A model generated the notes under the pieces. The model was not told the DNA's origin. It searched no databases and saw only the letters and a list, made by a program, of their open reading frames with translations. A stretch of DNA of 63,971 nt, filler included, from Reticulomyxa filosa (lineage: Eukaryota; Protista; Foraminifera), in the NCBI GenBank assembly GCA_000512085.1. It is 20 parts of 20 records of this genome, joined end to end, with 100 filler letters (N's around TTAATTAATTAA, not from the genome) between each part and the next. Parts side by side here need not be neighbours in the genome. Positions count along the whole stretch, not along the records: positions 36,346 to 39,356 come from ASPP01040515.1; positions 39,457 to 41,043 come from ASPP01009449.1; positions 41,144 to 42,919 come from ASPP01010258.1; positions 43,020 to 46,571 come from ASPP01022858.1; positions 46,672 to 48,030 come from ASPP01001069.1; positions 48,131 to 58,488 come from ASPP01002727.1; 14 more parts are not named here. One strand, written 5' to 3'. Each line of letters begins with the position of its first letter. Position 1 is the first letter of the stretch. The translations under genes and the position numbers were made by a program. Shown one piece after another: positions 37,211-50,100 of this stretch.

Positions 37211-39004
37211 TCTAGGTGTTCATTGACTTGCTTAGCGCAAGAATAATTAATAGAGTTTGTGAATGCAAACTATCTTTTTTCTCTGCTATTGTTCGCTTAT
37301 TTGCATTTCAAGCAATAAAAAAAAATGTACATGAGATATATTGTTATTCATAATGATATGCTTTATCTTTCCTACGTTCTTAGTCGTTCGTTTCCTTAGT
37401 TTCTCATTTCAAAAAAAAAAAATTGACATTGTAATTTACCGCTTTTCGTGATCGCTCTTTTTTCTGAAAATAAGACATATTCATTTACATAGCAACACGT
37501 AATTCAATAGTCTATCTTGGTGTTAAATGTTACAAATTCAAAGTAATCATTAAACATTGTGTTAGAATATTAAATATCAAATAGAAACAAAAAATAACAT
37601 TGAAGCTGAAAAAAAAAAATTTCATAATATTTTACTTTTGTTTTTCTCCAGCGTTAACGTCAAAATGTCATACGAATCAACATCAGATTTAGGTTTATTC
37701 ATTTTTATTTTTATTTTTATCAATTGCAATATCTTTTCTTATTCATTAATACAACAATCCTTGAACTAGGTCTGTCTGACTTCCTGAAAGAATGATATGT
37801 TGGTATATGATATCAAGCAAACAAGTTGACATGTTATATCCAAATACGAACAAGTCATATTGCTTCATTAACAAAATAAATAATGCTAGTATTGATATCG
37901 ATTTATTTAATATATCATTTGAAAATGCTAACGTATATCAAAATGCAAGATAAATAAGTTGAAAAATATTTTATGATACCGACCAAGATCGTTACTGCCT
38001 TAAAATTTATTATGCGAACATTTTGTGATACCATAAAGAAGTTATTGATGAAAGAAGAAAAAATAAACCAATAATGTAATGTATTTCGAATTTATCTATG
38101 TCAAAAGGAACATAATTTGAACGTTGTCATTTTGTAAAAGAATGATACATATAGACTAGTTAACGATATACCTGATTTGATATTATCAATGTCAAAAAAA
38201 ATAGTAAATACTCGAAACTTGGTCCAAACGATGAATTTATGATTGTAGATTACAATCTACACAAGAAATTCCATTAATTGAATAAAAAAACATAATTAAA
38301 AGTAGATCTTGAGTTTGATTTAATATCGTTGAAAGATATAAAGAAACAAGAGAATATAGAAATATGTTCTCATCTATCGAAGAAATAAAAAAAAAATAAC
38401 ATTTAGAAGAAAAAAAGTGAATATGACTATAACACTGAAAAAATAATGGAGAAAATGATACAAGAATAAAAAAGACTTTGTATCAAAACAAGTGATATTC
38501 AAAATAATTATATATCATATTAGATATATGACAGCTATTGACTTGGTACACTACAAAATAGTTCCAAATTTAAAATAAAAGTTTTCAAATGTTTTAAAGA
38601 AAGCACATTTAATGAGTCAATGATATCAATTGTCAAAATATTTCTATTTAAAAAATAGATACTAATTGATAATATAATATAGTGAGTATACGATAATTGA
38701 TGAAATATATTCATTTGATGAAAATTTGCATATATTTTATATAAATGATAAGTATATATTACATGGTATATATAAATATTTAGTAAATAAAAGAAAAAAT
38801 TATTATATAAAATTTGGTTATTCAGAAATAGAAAATAAAGGATTCAACATGAATATTAGAATTATAAGTAAAAAATAATCGTTGTTCAATTTTGTTGATT
38901 GATGACTAACTTTCCAATAATTGTTAATTGATACTATGCAAAAAAATCATTTATTTTGATATTATGTTTTTGCGAAAATATACTTTTTCCTTTTGAAATT
39001 GATT

Positions 39005-39150
39005 AGGATCATACAATTCAAGTATGGGATGCAATATCGGGAGAGCAGTTGAAAAAAATAGTAACGCCTTCTATTGAATCACTTGGCTTGCAAGACTTTC
39101 CAGATGGTCAAAATATTGCTGTGTGGTTTGACGATAAGACAATTGGTTAT
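39005..39150 (+). pseudogene. WD40 remnant
   Basis: DHTIQVWDAISGEQLK...FPDGQNIAVWFDDKTI. Confidence 0.55.
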
Positions 39151-39525
39151 ATAATGTTGAATCAAGGCTTAAAAAAAATAATAAATAATTCCATCATTAT
39201 TGATATCTTAAATGCATTATGTGAGGAACATTGCAAATTTCCTAAAGATGTTACATTAAAAATAGCGATTTACAAGATTTAAAAAAGTTAATATCAACCA
39301 TTTTAATTCTTTTGGATTGACTTAGAGGAAGAATAATTTCATGCAATGTCCCATAANNNNNNNNNNNNNNNNNNNNNNNNNNNNNNNNNNNNNNNNNNNN
39401 TTAATTAATTAANNNNNNNNNNNNNNNNNNNNNNNNNNNNNNNNNNNNNNNNNNNNAAAAAAAAAAAAAGTGAGTATTTACAAAAAAAAATGTAAAAAAA
39501 AATGTAAAAAAAAAAGATATCTGGT

Positions 39526-41043
39526 ATGTATTCCAGTCCTAACCCGTCAATAAATAATAAAGTGAACTATGCACCACTAAGTACAACCTTTAGCGACTTG
39601 AACGGAGCTGACGGAGTAAAGTTAAATGAGACGGCGTTAAGTTTTCTCGCCAATGATACGATAACTCTTGATTTTTCAAAGTATTTTCCATCAAGCACGT
39701 ATCCAGAGGTATACATATATGTTTTGGCAAACGATTACGATGCATCGCCGCTGATAAGCTTGAATAACTCCAATGCAATAAAGAATAAAGATGGCACGTA
39801 TACCACAACAATTGCAGGATTATCGTCACTGAAATCGTGTGGTGAAATGACATTTATCGTAACGGATCGGTACATAAACAATAGAGCCAGCACAAAAAAC
39901 CAGCCAAAGAATAAGAAATTGGGAACATATTGTCATGCAAACTGTCAATATGGAACAGCTAACGCAATTAGAGCTTGTATAGGAGGAGGAGGAGGAGGAG
40001 GAGGCAATTATCGAAATAGTTATAACAGTTATATATATCCAATTATCAAAAAGCAGCAAATGATTGGACAACTTATGTAATCAATAATAATGATGTCACG
40101 TTACAATATTATAATATCGATTCCGCAGCAGCTATTGCTGGAATGGACAATTGTGTGTATGTGTTGCTATATCAGTCTAGCGCTTAAAAACACAGATTTG
40201 ACGCAAAAAATATTTGATGCTCAAGCACAATGCTTAATTCAGGAATCGTCACAAGAAAATGAAGGGATTTTCACATTGAATTTTCTAAATGCATTGACTG
40301 GCATTGATGCGTCAAAAAACTTGACTCTTGATATCAATAAGTGCATTTCGACATGCGTTAAGTTGGCCGAAAATAATAAATTAGAATTCGCTACATTTAG
40401 TCCCACTCTTATGCCGACCAAACAACCAACATATACTTGTAATGATAACAAATTTAGTGGTGATTTTAACCAAGAAACCACATCAACAGCCTATTTTAAT
40501 GCGGAAAACGCAATTACTGTGGTTAATTTTTCAATGTGTGCACCAGACACGCAAGTGTACATTGATATTTACAATCCAATTTCAAACTATTCTACAAATG
40601 GAGATTGTGATTCAAATCCTTTGAGTCTGCTTGCATCGAGTGATTACTCTACGTATACCATAAACGTCACTTATCTAGGAGGAACGAAGCAAGCATGGAC
40701 TCTGGATATCGTTTGTATTGAACAAAGAAGATTGCAAAGCTCAATCTCTTTGAAGTTGGCCAATTCTGTGACATTCAGTGTAATTCAATCAGACTGCACT
40801 CCCGACAATTGGCAGCAAGATAAGAGTGGAACTGGGAGTGCATTAAGTTACGGAGATCCACACTTTAATCAATTTGATTCGACAGCATTTAGTTATCAAG
40901 GTGCTGGTCCGCACATACTTTATCAATTGGATACATTTCAAATCCAAGGATTATTTGTACAATCATCCAGTCTCTCGTACGTGCTTGGTCTTGCAGTACA
41001 ATTCGCGAGCAATGATTATTTTGTGGCCCTTTTTGAGGATCAA
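39526..41043 (+). CDS. Internal part of a large extracellular protein with a von Willebrand factor type D (VWD) domain start
   Basis: GSALSYGDPHFNQFDSTAFSYQGAGPHIL matches the VWD GDPHxxTFDGxxxxFQG motif. Also Cys-rich and S/T/N-rich segments, a PT linker (SPTLMPTKQPT) and many NxS/T sequons. Confidence 0.7.
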
Positions 41044-41379
41044 NNNNNNNNNNNNNNNNNNNNNNNNNNNNNNNNNNNNNNNNNNNNTTAATTAATTAAN
41101 NNNNNNNNNNNNNNNNNNNNNNNNNNNNNNNNNNNNNNNNNNNCTGGCAGTTCAGTCCGCCTTGTAGTTTTTTTTCTTTCGCGATGTTTATAAATATACA
41201 CTGATTGACAGTTTATCAAACAATTGATGTGAATACAGTGAACCCCACACGTCCTTTTTTTTTTTCCTATCAAATTCTCGGGAGGAGTAAAAATAAAAAG
41301 TTTTGTACATAATGACCATTTGGATCATTGTTATGATTATTAAAAAAAAAAAAAAAAAATGACAACAAAGAACAGAAGT

Positions 41380-42498
41380 TTAATGTTGACCGGTAGCTGT
41401 ACGACGCATACGGTCGAGTTCTTTAAGTTCTTGCAATTCTTCGGGCGTATAGAGTGGGGCCAATGTTTCATTGTTATAACTCCGATTCTTGTTATCGAAG
41501 GATAACAGCTGCGCAATCACATGATCTCGTGCTAACTCCAATTCAATGTGGGTAACACATGATCCCTCTTTGAACTCGTTGGAGTCCAGCAACGGTAAAG
41601 GTTCAAACTGATTGTCCAAAGGTTCCAATGCTCCAAAGTCCAACGGAGCAACTTGCGATATATTTACGTTATCATTCGAATTTTGCGGGAAAAAAAGGGT
41701 GGCAAAGCGACTGTCTGCAAACGATCTGTTTACTCTTTCGCCCTCAAATGGCAAATTTGGGTTGTCTTCCGAATCTGTATTTTCATTCATACTATTGCTC
41801 TTTGCCGAGCCAAACGAATACGCATTTGGGCTTAGTGATCTCATACGTCCCCATTCGTCACCGTAACTCAATTCACCCAGCGTCTCTGAAACATCTAGTC
41901 CCATATCGTATTTATTTATTTAGGTATATGTCATGCTTTTTTTTTTTTTTTTTTTTTTCACAAACGATTCACACGTTTTTCGTTTCTTGCGGAAAAACGT
42001 CTTTTTTAAAGTTTAGAGGGGCAAAAACAAAATTACTAAAATCGTTTGTCAACGACATAACTTTCTTCCCAAATACTCTCGAATTTTTCTACGGTCATGC
42101 AAAATGGGTCCTCTTGAATATGATTTATTGTTCATTTTTATTGTGCATTTTTTTTTTTTAAGTAATTAATAAACAAAGTCTGTCTTCAAAGACCAAAACA
42201 CTCGCAAAAAAAAAAAAAAAAAAAGCGCTTTCCGTTGTAAAAACTGACTCGTGGAAAAAGACAGTGTTTTTCCGGATGTGGTTTTGCTTGGTCTTTTGCA
42301 CAAAAAAAAAAAAGTACCTGATGGCTCCAATAGCTGAATTTTGCCATGAGGGACAGGCGTGATTGTTACTCGCAAGCGGTTTTGGTCAAGCCTGTCTGAA
42401 TCTCGGACGCTTTCTTGTTCGCGTACCAAGTGATTGTCGACATTCTTGTTTGAGATCATGTCGTTTTGGATACTAACAATTTGTTCCATTTTTGACAC
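41380..42498 (-). CDS. Hypothetical protein, spliced
   Basis: Coding-like ORFs 42498-42318 (ending at a GTAC donor) and 41904-41380. No family recognised. Confidence 0.45.
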
Positions 42499-43360
42499 TT
42501 AAAAAGTAAAAAAGACGAATTATAGTACTTAAAAACAAGGACAGTAAGAAAAAAAAACTTTGTGACGAAAAAAACTGTAAACCGCCCAAAAACATTTATT
42601 AAAATGTATGGTACAAGAAGTCAGCAGTACAAAATTGTTAATGTGCTTTCTTTATTACTAGAAATATGTGGAAACAACTAGATTTTATTATGAGTTTCCT
42701 TTATTTATAAAAAATTTATTTAATCAGTCTCAGCTACAACAAAAACAATACATTTTTTCGAAAAAGAAAAATGCAAACAGGCAAATAAAAAACATCAAAA
42801 TATGATTAATACATTAACGTTGTTCCGTTTTTGTTGCCCTTTTTTTAGTTCAAATAAAATAAAAATCTAATCTTCTTTTAGGTAGATCTTATCTATTGAT
42901 CCAATTTGAGCGAATTAGCNNNNNNNNNNNNNNNNNNNNNNNNNNNNNNNNNNNNNNNNNNNNTTAATTAATTAANNNNNNNNNNNNNNNNNNNNNNNNN
43001 NNNNNNNNNNNNNNNNNNNGGGGATTTATAATAGGGACTTTCCCTACACCAACTTCAATTGATATTCATTCAATATCATAAGTATTTTATTGTTGCCATT
43101 ACAATGTATTATATCCAAATATTAATTCTCAAATATTTGAAGAGCTTCTTACTAAAAAAATAATAGTAACATAATAATGTTATTTGTTTTTAAAGTGTTA
43201 AAAAATTGATACTATGGAAAATCTTGAAGTTTAATTATCCACCGAGTTGATACATGGCATGCTGAGTAATAAGAAGTCAAAAGACAGTATGTTTGAATAG
43301 AGGAGATCAAATGGGGAAAAGGAACTTGGTTTAAAAAAAGACGACAATGAAGTTTCCTCA

Positions 43361-46300
43361 TTAAAAAAACGATAGTCAGACGGATAATCGAGAATAAATT
43401 GCAATTTGAGTTGTTGCAATACGTGTTTCCAGTCAGTATTGTTTCCAAAATATCGTTTGGAGATCGATACCTCAATTCGGCCGACTTTTTATCGAGAGGA
43501 ACGTTGCCTTCTTTGGAGAAGGCAGAGACAAATTTGTTGACAGTTTGAAGCATTTCACCGTAGAGGCCTTTGGACTGCAAGTACCACAAGGTCAAAGACA
43601 AGTACAAGTCTTTGTTATTTTTGTCTTTTTCGAGATCGTGCCAAGCTCGCAATTCATTTCACACGGTCTCGAATTCTTTCAGTTGGCTAGTGTCAACTTG
43701 AACTATCGTGGGCAGGTTTGACCGTGCTAACAAAGTTTGAGTCCAGCGAAGAAGAGGAAGCCGAAGTGGTTGCAAGCGAGCCCATCAATTTGGTGTCTTT
43801 GTTGCTTTTGGATTGAGTTTTTTCGACATCAGTACCAAGTTGGTTCTTTGTCTTGTTCTTGGTCTTGTTCTGGTTCTTCTCCTCTTCCTCCTCGTCACTC
43901 ACCAGTGATAATTTCCTTCAACGCTTGGGCCTTGCGAGTCAGCTCATTAATCACCATGGTTTTTTCTTCCTTGCATTTTTTGGCGAGCTTTTTGTATTCC
44001 GAATCCTCCTTTTCCAAAGCCTTTCGACCAAAGATGGCGGCGGCTTCAGTGGTTGATTTGTCGTCTGCCAACGCGACTTGTTTGAGATAGTCCTCTTTAA
44101 TGTCCGCCAATGTGCACACCATATCCACTCTCAACGACTTTAAACCCTGCGAGCCGAGTCGACTGAACTTGAGTTCCAACTTGTCGTAAAACCAGCATCG
44201 CAAGTTATTACCATTTTGTAAAGCCTTTACTGGGTTTTCTTTTGGTGATGTCACTATGATATCTGTAGTTTGATAACTACACACACATACAAATACGTAT
44301 ATTTAAAAAAAAGTAATAATATAAAACTGGCTCATTTGTAAACGGTTCAATTTCTTCCTGCCATTGATCATCGACGACTTGTTAGAATATGCATCGCCAT
44401 CTTGCTTCTGCAGCTTCGGCAATTGCTCAAAGGCTTCTCCTCCGGCAACGTACTTTTTATTGCTATCGGACAATGCGAAATGTGGATTCACAGTCCCTTA
44501 CAATGACTGATTGAACTTGTACTCCAAGTTCAGCGCGTATATTTGCTCTCCTCTAAGTGTCAAGTCGCTGCGGCCGACACGAATCGCGAAAATGTGTCAA
44601 ACTTTATGCTCGGCTGCACCACACAATGATATGTGCTTTGCAACGCCACTTTGTCGAACCAGTCGCCCTGGTTTATCTGCACAGTCGTGTTCACCACCGT
44701 CGGGCCGACAAACTATAAGTGGCTTTCAAAAAACGACGCGCTCACGTACAGCTCGTGTTGTGCCAGCGTCACTTCTAAGTAGCTTCCACTTCGAACCACA
44801 AATGTGAATGACACCTTACCCCCAGCTAGCATGAAAAAAAGAGTAAAGATAGGCTCTCCATCATACAAAAAAAAATAAAATAAAAATAAAAAAAATTGAT
44901 AATTTATATAATTTATATGCATTATTTAAAAAAACTTTTCGTTCGGAATTGCGAATCGTAAGATATTGACTGAAGTCAATTCTTCCAAAAGCACGAATAA
45001 GAAGTAAATTTCATTGTCTTCTTTAGTCTCAATGCAGTTTTACGTAATTTTTAAGCATTTTTTTAAAAAAAAAGTGTTTGAAACAACTACTACAAAAATT
45101 TGTGTTTTATTGAATTAATAATACTATTGTAATGTATATGTATATATGTATAATCAAAAAACAAAACTAAACTTGCATGCGAACATCAATCTGGAACAAC
45201 ATATATTTTTCAATCGATTTTTCCAGTGGTCAAACAGAACGGTCGCTTGACTTCTCTCAGATATAGGCCCACGCGCTCCAATACATAATTGATCACCAAC
45301 AAAGTAACATAAATGCCTGCTCGTCTGTGCCCGTGTCTTGCGGAATTTTGACGACCACTTGGAACGAGTTGTCGTGGCTGTGGATGATCAAATGCTCGCA
45401 AGGATTGATATATGGCAAAGTGGTCTTCAATGTGCATTTCAATTTAAAGTTGAGTCACTTCGTTGAGATAATTTTCCAGAATTGCAGGGTCACGCCGATC
45501 GAGTAGCGCATTACTTGGGTCAGAATGATGTCGCGAATATATATGACGCGGCCTTTCTTTTGCAGTCCACCGTCACGTTGATGCGGTAGCGCACTGGAGA
45601 AGATATCACGCTCTTGAACTTTGAACAGTAGTCCAGTGCTTTGAGGATCTGCACTAGTTCATAGCCTTGTCCAAGTGCTTCAGTCGTTGGAATATTTACC
45701 GCCGTATTTACCAATGCCCGTTCGATTCTTTCACAACACGACACAACAACACTCAATTTGCACTTTTATTATTATAATCTCCTTATTCATTTCATTGTTT
45801 GATCAAAGTCAATTTGCAACAATGTTTTTTTTGAATTGAAATTGAAATTGAATGAAATTGAAATTGAATGAAATTGAAATATATATCCCGTTGGCATGTA
45901 TTCCACTTTCTCTTGTTTCAGTGCGGACAATAGCACTGTGACGTTACCACAAGCGTTTGGACATTTTTTATGTGTTTTGTAGTTTGTATATATGCGTGAA
46001 TCTCTTCTAGATGTTCAAAAAATACTCCATTCATTTGCTTTTTTTAAAAAAAAAAAAGAAAGTGTGAATAATTCTATCTAACCTTATGCCGTTCATCAAT
46101 TGATTTTTACTCAAGGTGAACTTGGAAAGTGCACAAATCTTCACTCCCAGAGCACCATCCATCTGTATCAGAATATATATATATTCATTGACATTGCATG
46201 TGGTAGTATTATATACATATATGTATATAATACTACAATATGCAAAAAATTGTTAAAAAGAAAAGGTTAACGTATGGCCACAAGATGACTAAGTATAATT

Positions 46301-46565
46301 GCTTGTGCCAGTGATGTCCGCCAATCCATATTCGGCCTTGACCATGAGAGGGGTGAACATCGCACCGATGCCAATGACGGCGTCCGTGCAAGACTGAGGC
46401 GCACCGGCAGTGGACAAGGCGGATCCGTCGTTGCCCGCGCTGAAGATGAAGATCACTCCATGTTCCCATACCAGCTACGATATTGCCTTTGGAAAAATCC
46501 CCGACAGCGGATATGCGGTGGATTCTCCATATGACATATTCACCAAATCGCATTTACATTCTTTC
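43361..46565 (-). pseudogene. TPP2: Tripeptidyl-peptidase II (subtilase S8) pseudogene with introns, 5'-truncated
   Basis: CDLVNMSYGE...IS*LVWEHGVIFIFSAGNDG...VIGIGA...AEY...NYT*SSCG; MDGALGVKICA; QLMNG; PNACG..VLLSALK; RALVNTA...GQGY; C-terminus DWKH...YPSDYRFF. In-frame TAG at 46477-46475 and 46291-46289, plus frameshifts. Confidence 0.85.
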
Positions 46566-46863
46566 ACATACNNNNNNNNNNNNNNNNNNNNNNNNNNNNN
46601 NNNNNNNNNNNNNNNTTAATTAATTAANNNNNNNNNNNNNNNNNNNNNNNNNNNNNNNNNNNNNNNNNNNNTAAACTGGAATAAAAGAATATGATTTTTT
46701 TCAAAGACTACGAATAATACAAGGCTAATCTTTTTTTTAAAAAGTATCTATGTGACTTGAAGATTCCTAAAATGAAAACAAAAAGATTAAAAAATTTCTT
46801 ATTTTCAATACAGGTTCAATTTATATGAAGTCCTTCGAAATTTTTAAAAATCATTTCAAAAAA

Positions 46864-47790
46864 TCATGGCAGTTTTTTTTGCAATCTACTGTAATAGTTT
46901 GTAATGGTGAAAATTTCAAACACCAATTGCATGTACATCGTACAAATACAATGACTTAAATATTTCAACATCAAATAAATGAATTGTTTTGTCATATGAT
47001 CCAGAACACAAATACCGACCAGATGCAAATGTAGAAAATCCAAAACAATAAACACTTGCATTCTCTTGAAAAATTGAATTTCCTTGGCTGTTTCGAAATT
47101 CCAAAAGTGGATTGTTGGATCATTTGAAGAAGAACAAATTATGAGCTTATTATGACTATGAAAATAATAAGACGAAAATTTCACACAAAACACTGCAATT
47201 GAATGTCCGTCGATTCTTCGAAGCTGTTTAGCGGTTTCTACATCACATAAACGAACTGCGTTATCATCTGATCCAGAATAAAGATATTGATCATTATTGA
47301 ATGTTGAATAATCAATATTGTACAAAGTGCTGCTATGTCCAATGTAATTCTTGAGTAATTTGCGCGATGAACAAAATAAATCAAAAGAAAAATTAAAATA
47401 ACTGGTTTTCGATAATGAGTCATTATCCTTGTTGATGGATTCACTTTGTGGTTCTTTGTGTTCATTGTCTGAAAATCATTGTGATAAGAGTTAATTTTTA
47501 TCTTCAATTCTCTTACTTAATCCATCAAATTGTCTTCATTAACTGTTGAAAACTTTTGAGAATCTCCATCAATTTTTTAAATTTGCATTTCTTTCACTCT
47601 AATTTTTTTTTTCATTATACTGATTTCATTATCTTTGATTTTTGTTATTTCAATCTTACTTTGTATCTAACTCTTCAGTATGTCTTCTTTTGCAACAATA
47701 GTACTATCGCGCTTCAATGGCATTGAAGGTATGTCACCTATTTGTTCATTCTTTTTAATTCCTAATGTCAATTTGGAACTTCAATTGCTT
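46864..47790 (-). pseudogene. Coiled-coil + WD40 pseudogene (TRAF-WD40 subfamily), 5'-truncated at the transposon-like end
   Basis: IDYSTFNNDQYLYSGSDD, CVKFSSYYFH...ICSSSND and SGRYLCSGSYDKTI lie in shifting frames. Confidence 0.8.
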
Positions 47791-47865
47791 TGTTTCATCA
47801 TTATTATTTTATTTGGTTAAATAAGATTGTCATTACAATATTACCACATACGATAAATACAAATA

Positions 47866-48030
47866 CAGTATGTTGCAAAGAAAACTGAACGCATAAAACA
47901 ATATCTTATGATGATAATTGATTTTCTCCATGAAAAATCAATATTTAGACCTAATTTTTTTTTATTTTAAAAAAAATATATACAAACTTGTAGTTTTTAT
48001 ATTTTAATTTTATTTTTTTATTATTTTTTA
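47866..48030. mobile_element. Terminus of a Tc1/mariner-like DNA transposon or MITE (copy 2)
   Basis: TA|CAGTATGTTGCAAAGAAAACTGAACGC..., matching the reverse complement of 24385-24518. Confidence 0.6.
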
Positions 48031-48130
48031 NNNNNNNNNNNNNNNNNNNNNNNNNNNNNNNNNNNNNNNNNNNNTTAATTAATTAANNNNNNNNNNNNNN
48101 NNNNNNNNNNNNNNNNNNNNNNNNNNNNNN

Positions 48131-48530
48131 CAATTGAATATGATGAAGATAACAATATGTTTCAATTTCATCAACTACCCGTTTGTGATAGTATTGCATC
48201 ATTTAATTGCTATTCATATGTGTGCATCAATGATGTCATTTTGTTCTTTGGTGGATGGAGTTATCCTAATGCTTTGATATCAGTGCAAAAGTATTCAATT
48301 TCAGAAAAAAAATAGATAGATACAGATACAATATTATTAACTTACATGAAGATCCTTCATACTTGGTAATGATTTATTTATTTGTTTGATGAAACTGATT
48401 GAATAATAAATAATAAATAATGCAGCCAAAAAAAGAAATAAAATTTGCTGTTCAACATTGGATTCGAACTTTAAAGATAAAATTATGATGGATTTATGAT
48501 TTCGATAAAATTATTGTAAAATACTGTATT
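48131..48530 (+). pseudogene. 3' part of a Kelch-like pseudogene ending in the cassette exon
   Basis: IEYDEDNNMFQFHQLPVCD...NDVILFFGG (paralog of 10504-10764), then EIKFAVQHWIRTLKIKL*WIYDFDKIIVKY. Confidence 0.75.
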
Positions 48531-49187
48531 CTCTATAATAAAAAATCTTTATCAAAAATAAGAACGAACATAAAAAGCTGATTCAGAATTGCTCATTTAT
48601 GGACAAATTAAAAAATGATAAGCATAGCAACAAAAATATTTACATTTTATATAAAAAAGATCGTAATTGGCAATTGCTGTAATTCTACAATAATCTATCA
48701 TTTATTTTCGATTTATCAATTCAAAGACAATGATTTTCAAAAACGTACATGCTTTATAAAAAAAATCCATACTGTTGTAAATTAAATAAATGAGATTGTT
48801 AATTGTTGCGATGATAGATTATATATAAATTAAAATAAAAATAAATTATGATGTCGCAAATGATAAGTATTATTTTAAAAAATAAACTTGTTCTCTTTTA
48901 CCTACCCAATAATAAATAACTGTTATAGTTTTTGCTTTGAAAATATCTTTGTCAATACTTATCTTTTAAATAAATAAAAATATAAACACTTCTATTAGAA
49001 TGTTTTGAAATTCATTCCTAAACCGAACCACTGAATGAACCATAAAGAAGAATAAGTAGTCAGTTTTAATTAGAGACAAAACATGACGCAAAGGCAACAA
49101 ATAAACAAAAAACCAACGATTTAGCTTTTGCACTTTGACAAATTTATTTTATTTTACCATCAATTACAAATAGATTACATATCTAAT

Positions 49188-49745
49188 TCAATTTTGAAGA
49201 TCATCATTGTCATTGAATTTTGGGAGATAACTATTGACAATACCACCTACATCTTTTCCAAAAAGGTTAATCAACAGTTGTTCTCGAATGGATAAAGCTT
49301 TTACCAAATCGTATCGTTTTTTAACGTCTGGCAATAAACTTGATTGAAAAGTAAATAGATTGGAATAAGGTTGAATGTGCCTTAATCAAAACAGAATAAA
49401 ACAAGATAGATTAAATTTCTTTCTCTTGATTAAAAAAGAAAAAAATTAACCATAGAAGATAATTGATTCGAATAACCGGAATTAGGGACAAACAACAGCA
49501 AAGTAATAAGCCAAAGTAAATACAAATTATAACAATGTATAAACTTTTAATGTGTGACCACAAACCAAACCAAGAGATGTATGCAATAAAAATAATCGGA
49601 AAAAAGAAGTTCAATAAACGAGATAACAAATAAAGAGGACCAAATACAAATGTCATTCCAAACGCACTGGCAGTAATAATTAGCTCATGCGGATACATAT
49701 TAGAAAGCGACATTGAAAGTAGATCGCTTTTCACACGTTTCCATA
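49188..49745 (-). CDS. 3' part of a multi-pass membrane protein, probably truncated by the adjacent repeat
   Basis: Three hydrophobic helices (FVFGPLYLLSRLLNFFFPIIF...). The last exon ends REQLLINLFGKDVGGIVNSYLPKFNDNDDLQN*. Confidence 0.5.
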
Positions 49746-49769
49746 ACCGTAAATAATTTTCCAGAAGTT

Positions 49770-50100
49770 ACACTCCACTAACAATATTACAAAATCCAAC
49801 TACTATAAAAAACTTTATATCACTCTAAAAAAAATTCTTTACTAGTTAAAAATTTCTTTCTTTGCCAGAAAAGTCTTGCTGAACTTTCTTGGACGAAACG
49901 ACGTTGAAAATACTTGACTTGATTTTCAAAATCTACTTCAAAACTTAAGATATGTCAAAATACAGCTGTAACCACGAAAAAGTGCACCACCCCAGATATT
50001 TTGGTAAATTCCATTCGATCATTGAAAGAATGATATTTTTTGCATTTGTATTTTTCCAACACATATTGGAAAGAATATATTATCAAGAAGTATTCGTATA
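49770..50100 (-). mobile_element. Second copy of the dispersed LINE-like 3'-end repeat
   Basis: 49782-49930 is similar to the reverse complement of 12581-12725, and decayed coding-like sequence continues upstream. Confidence 0.5.

Noticed and set aside
37970-38030. YDTDQDRY...IYY resembling a small-GTPase switch II region
   Set aside because: Too short, no P-loop or NKxD found, and surrounded by stops.
46289-46477. Stop-codon reassignment (in-frame TAG in TPP2; TGA in the cassette near 48487)
   Set aside because: The stops fall at different amino acids (Trp, Glu/Gln-like, Gly) and co-occur with frameshifts. Intact genes end in TAA, TAG or TGA and have no internal stops.
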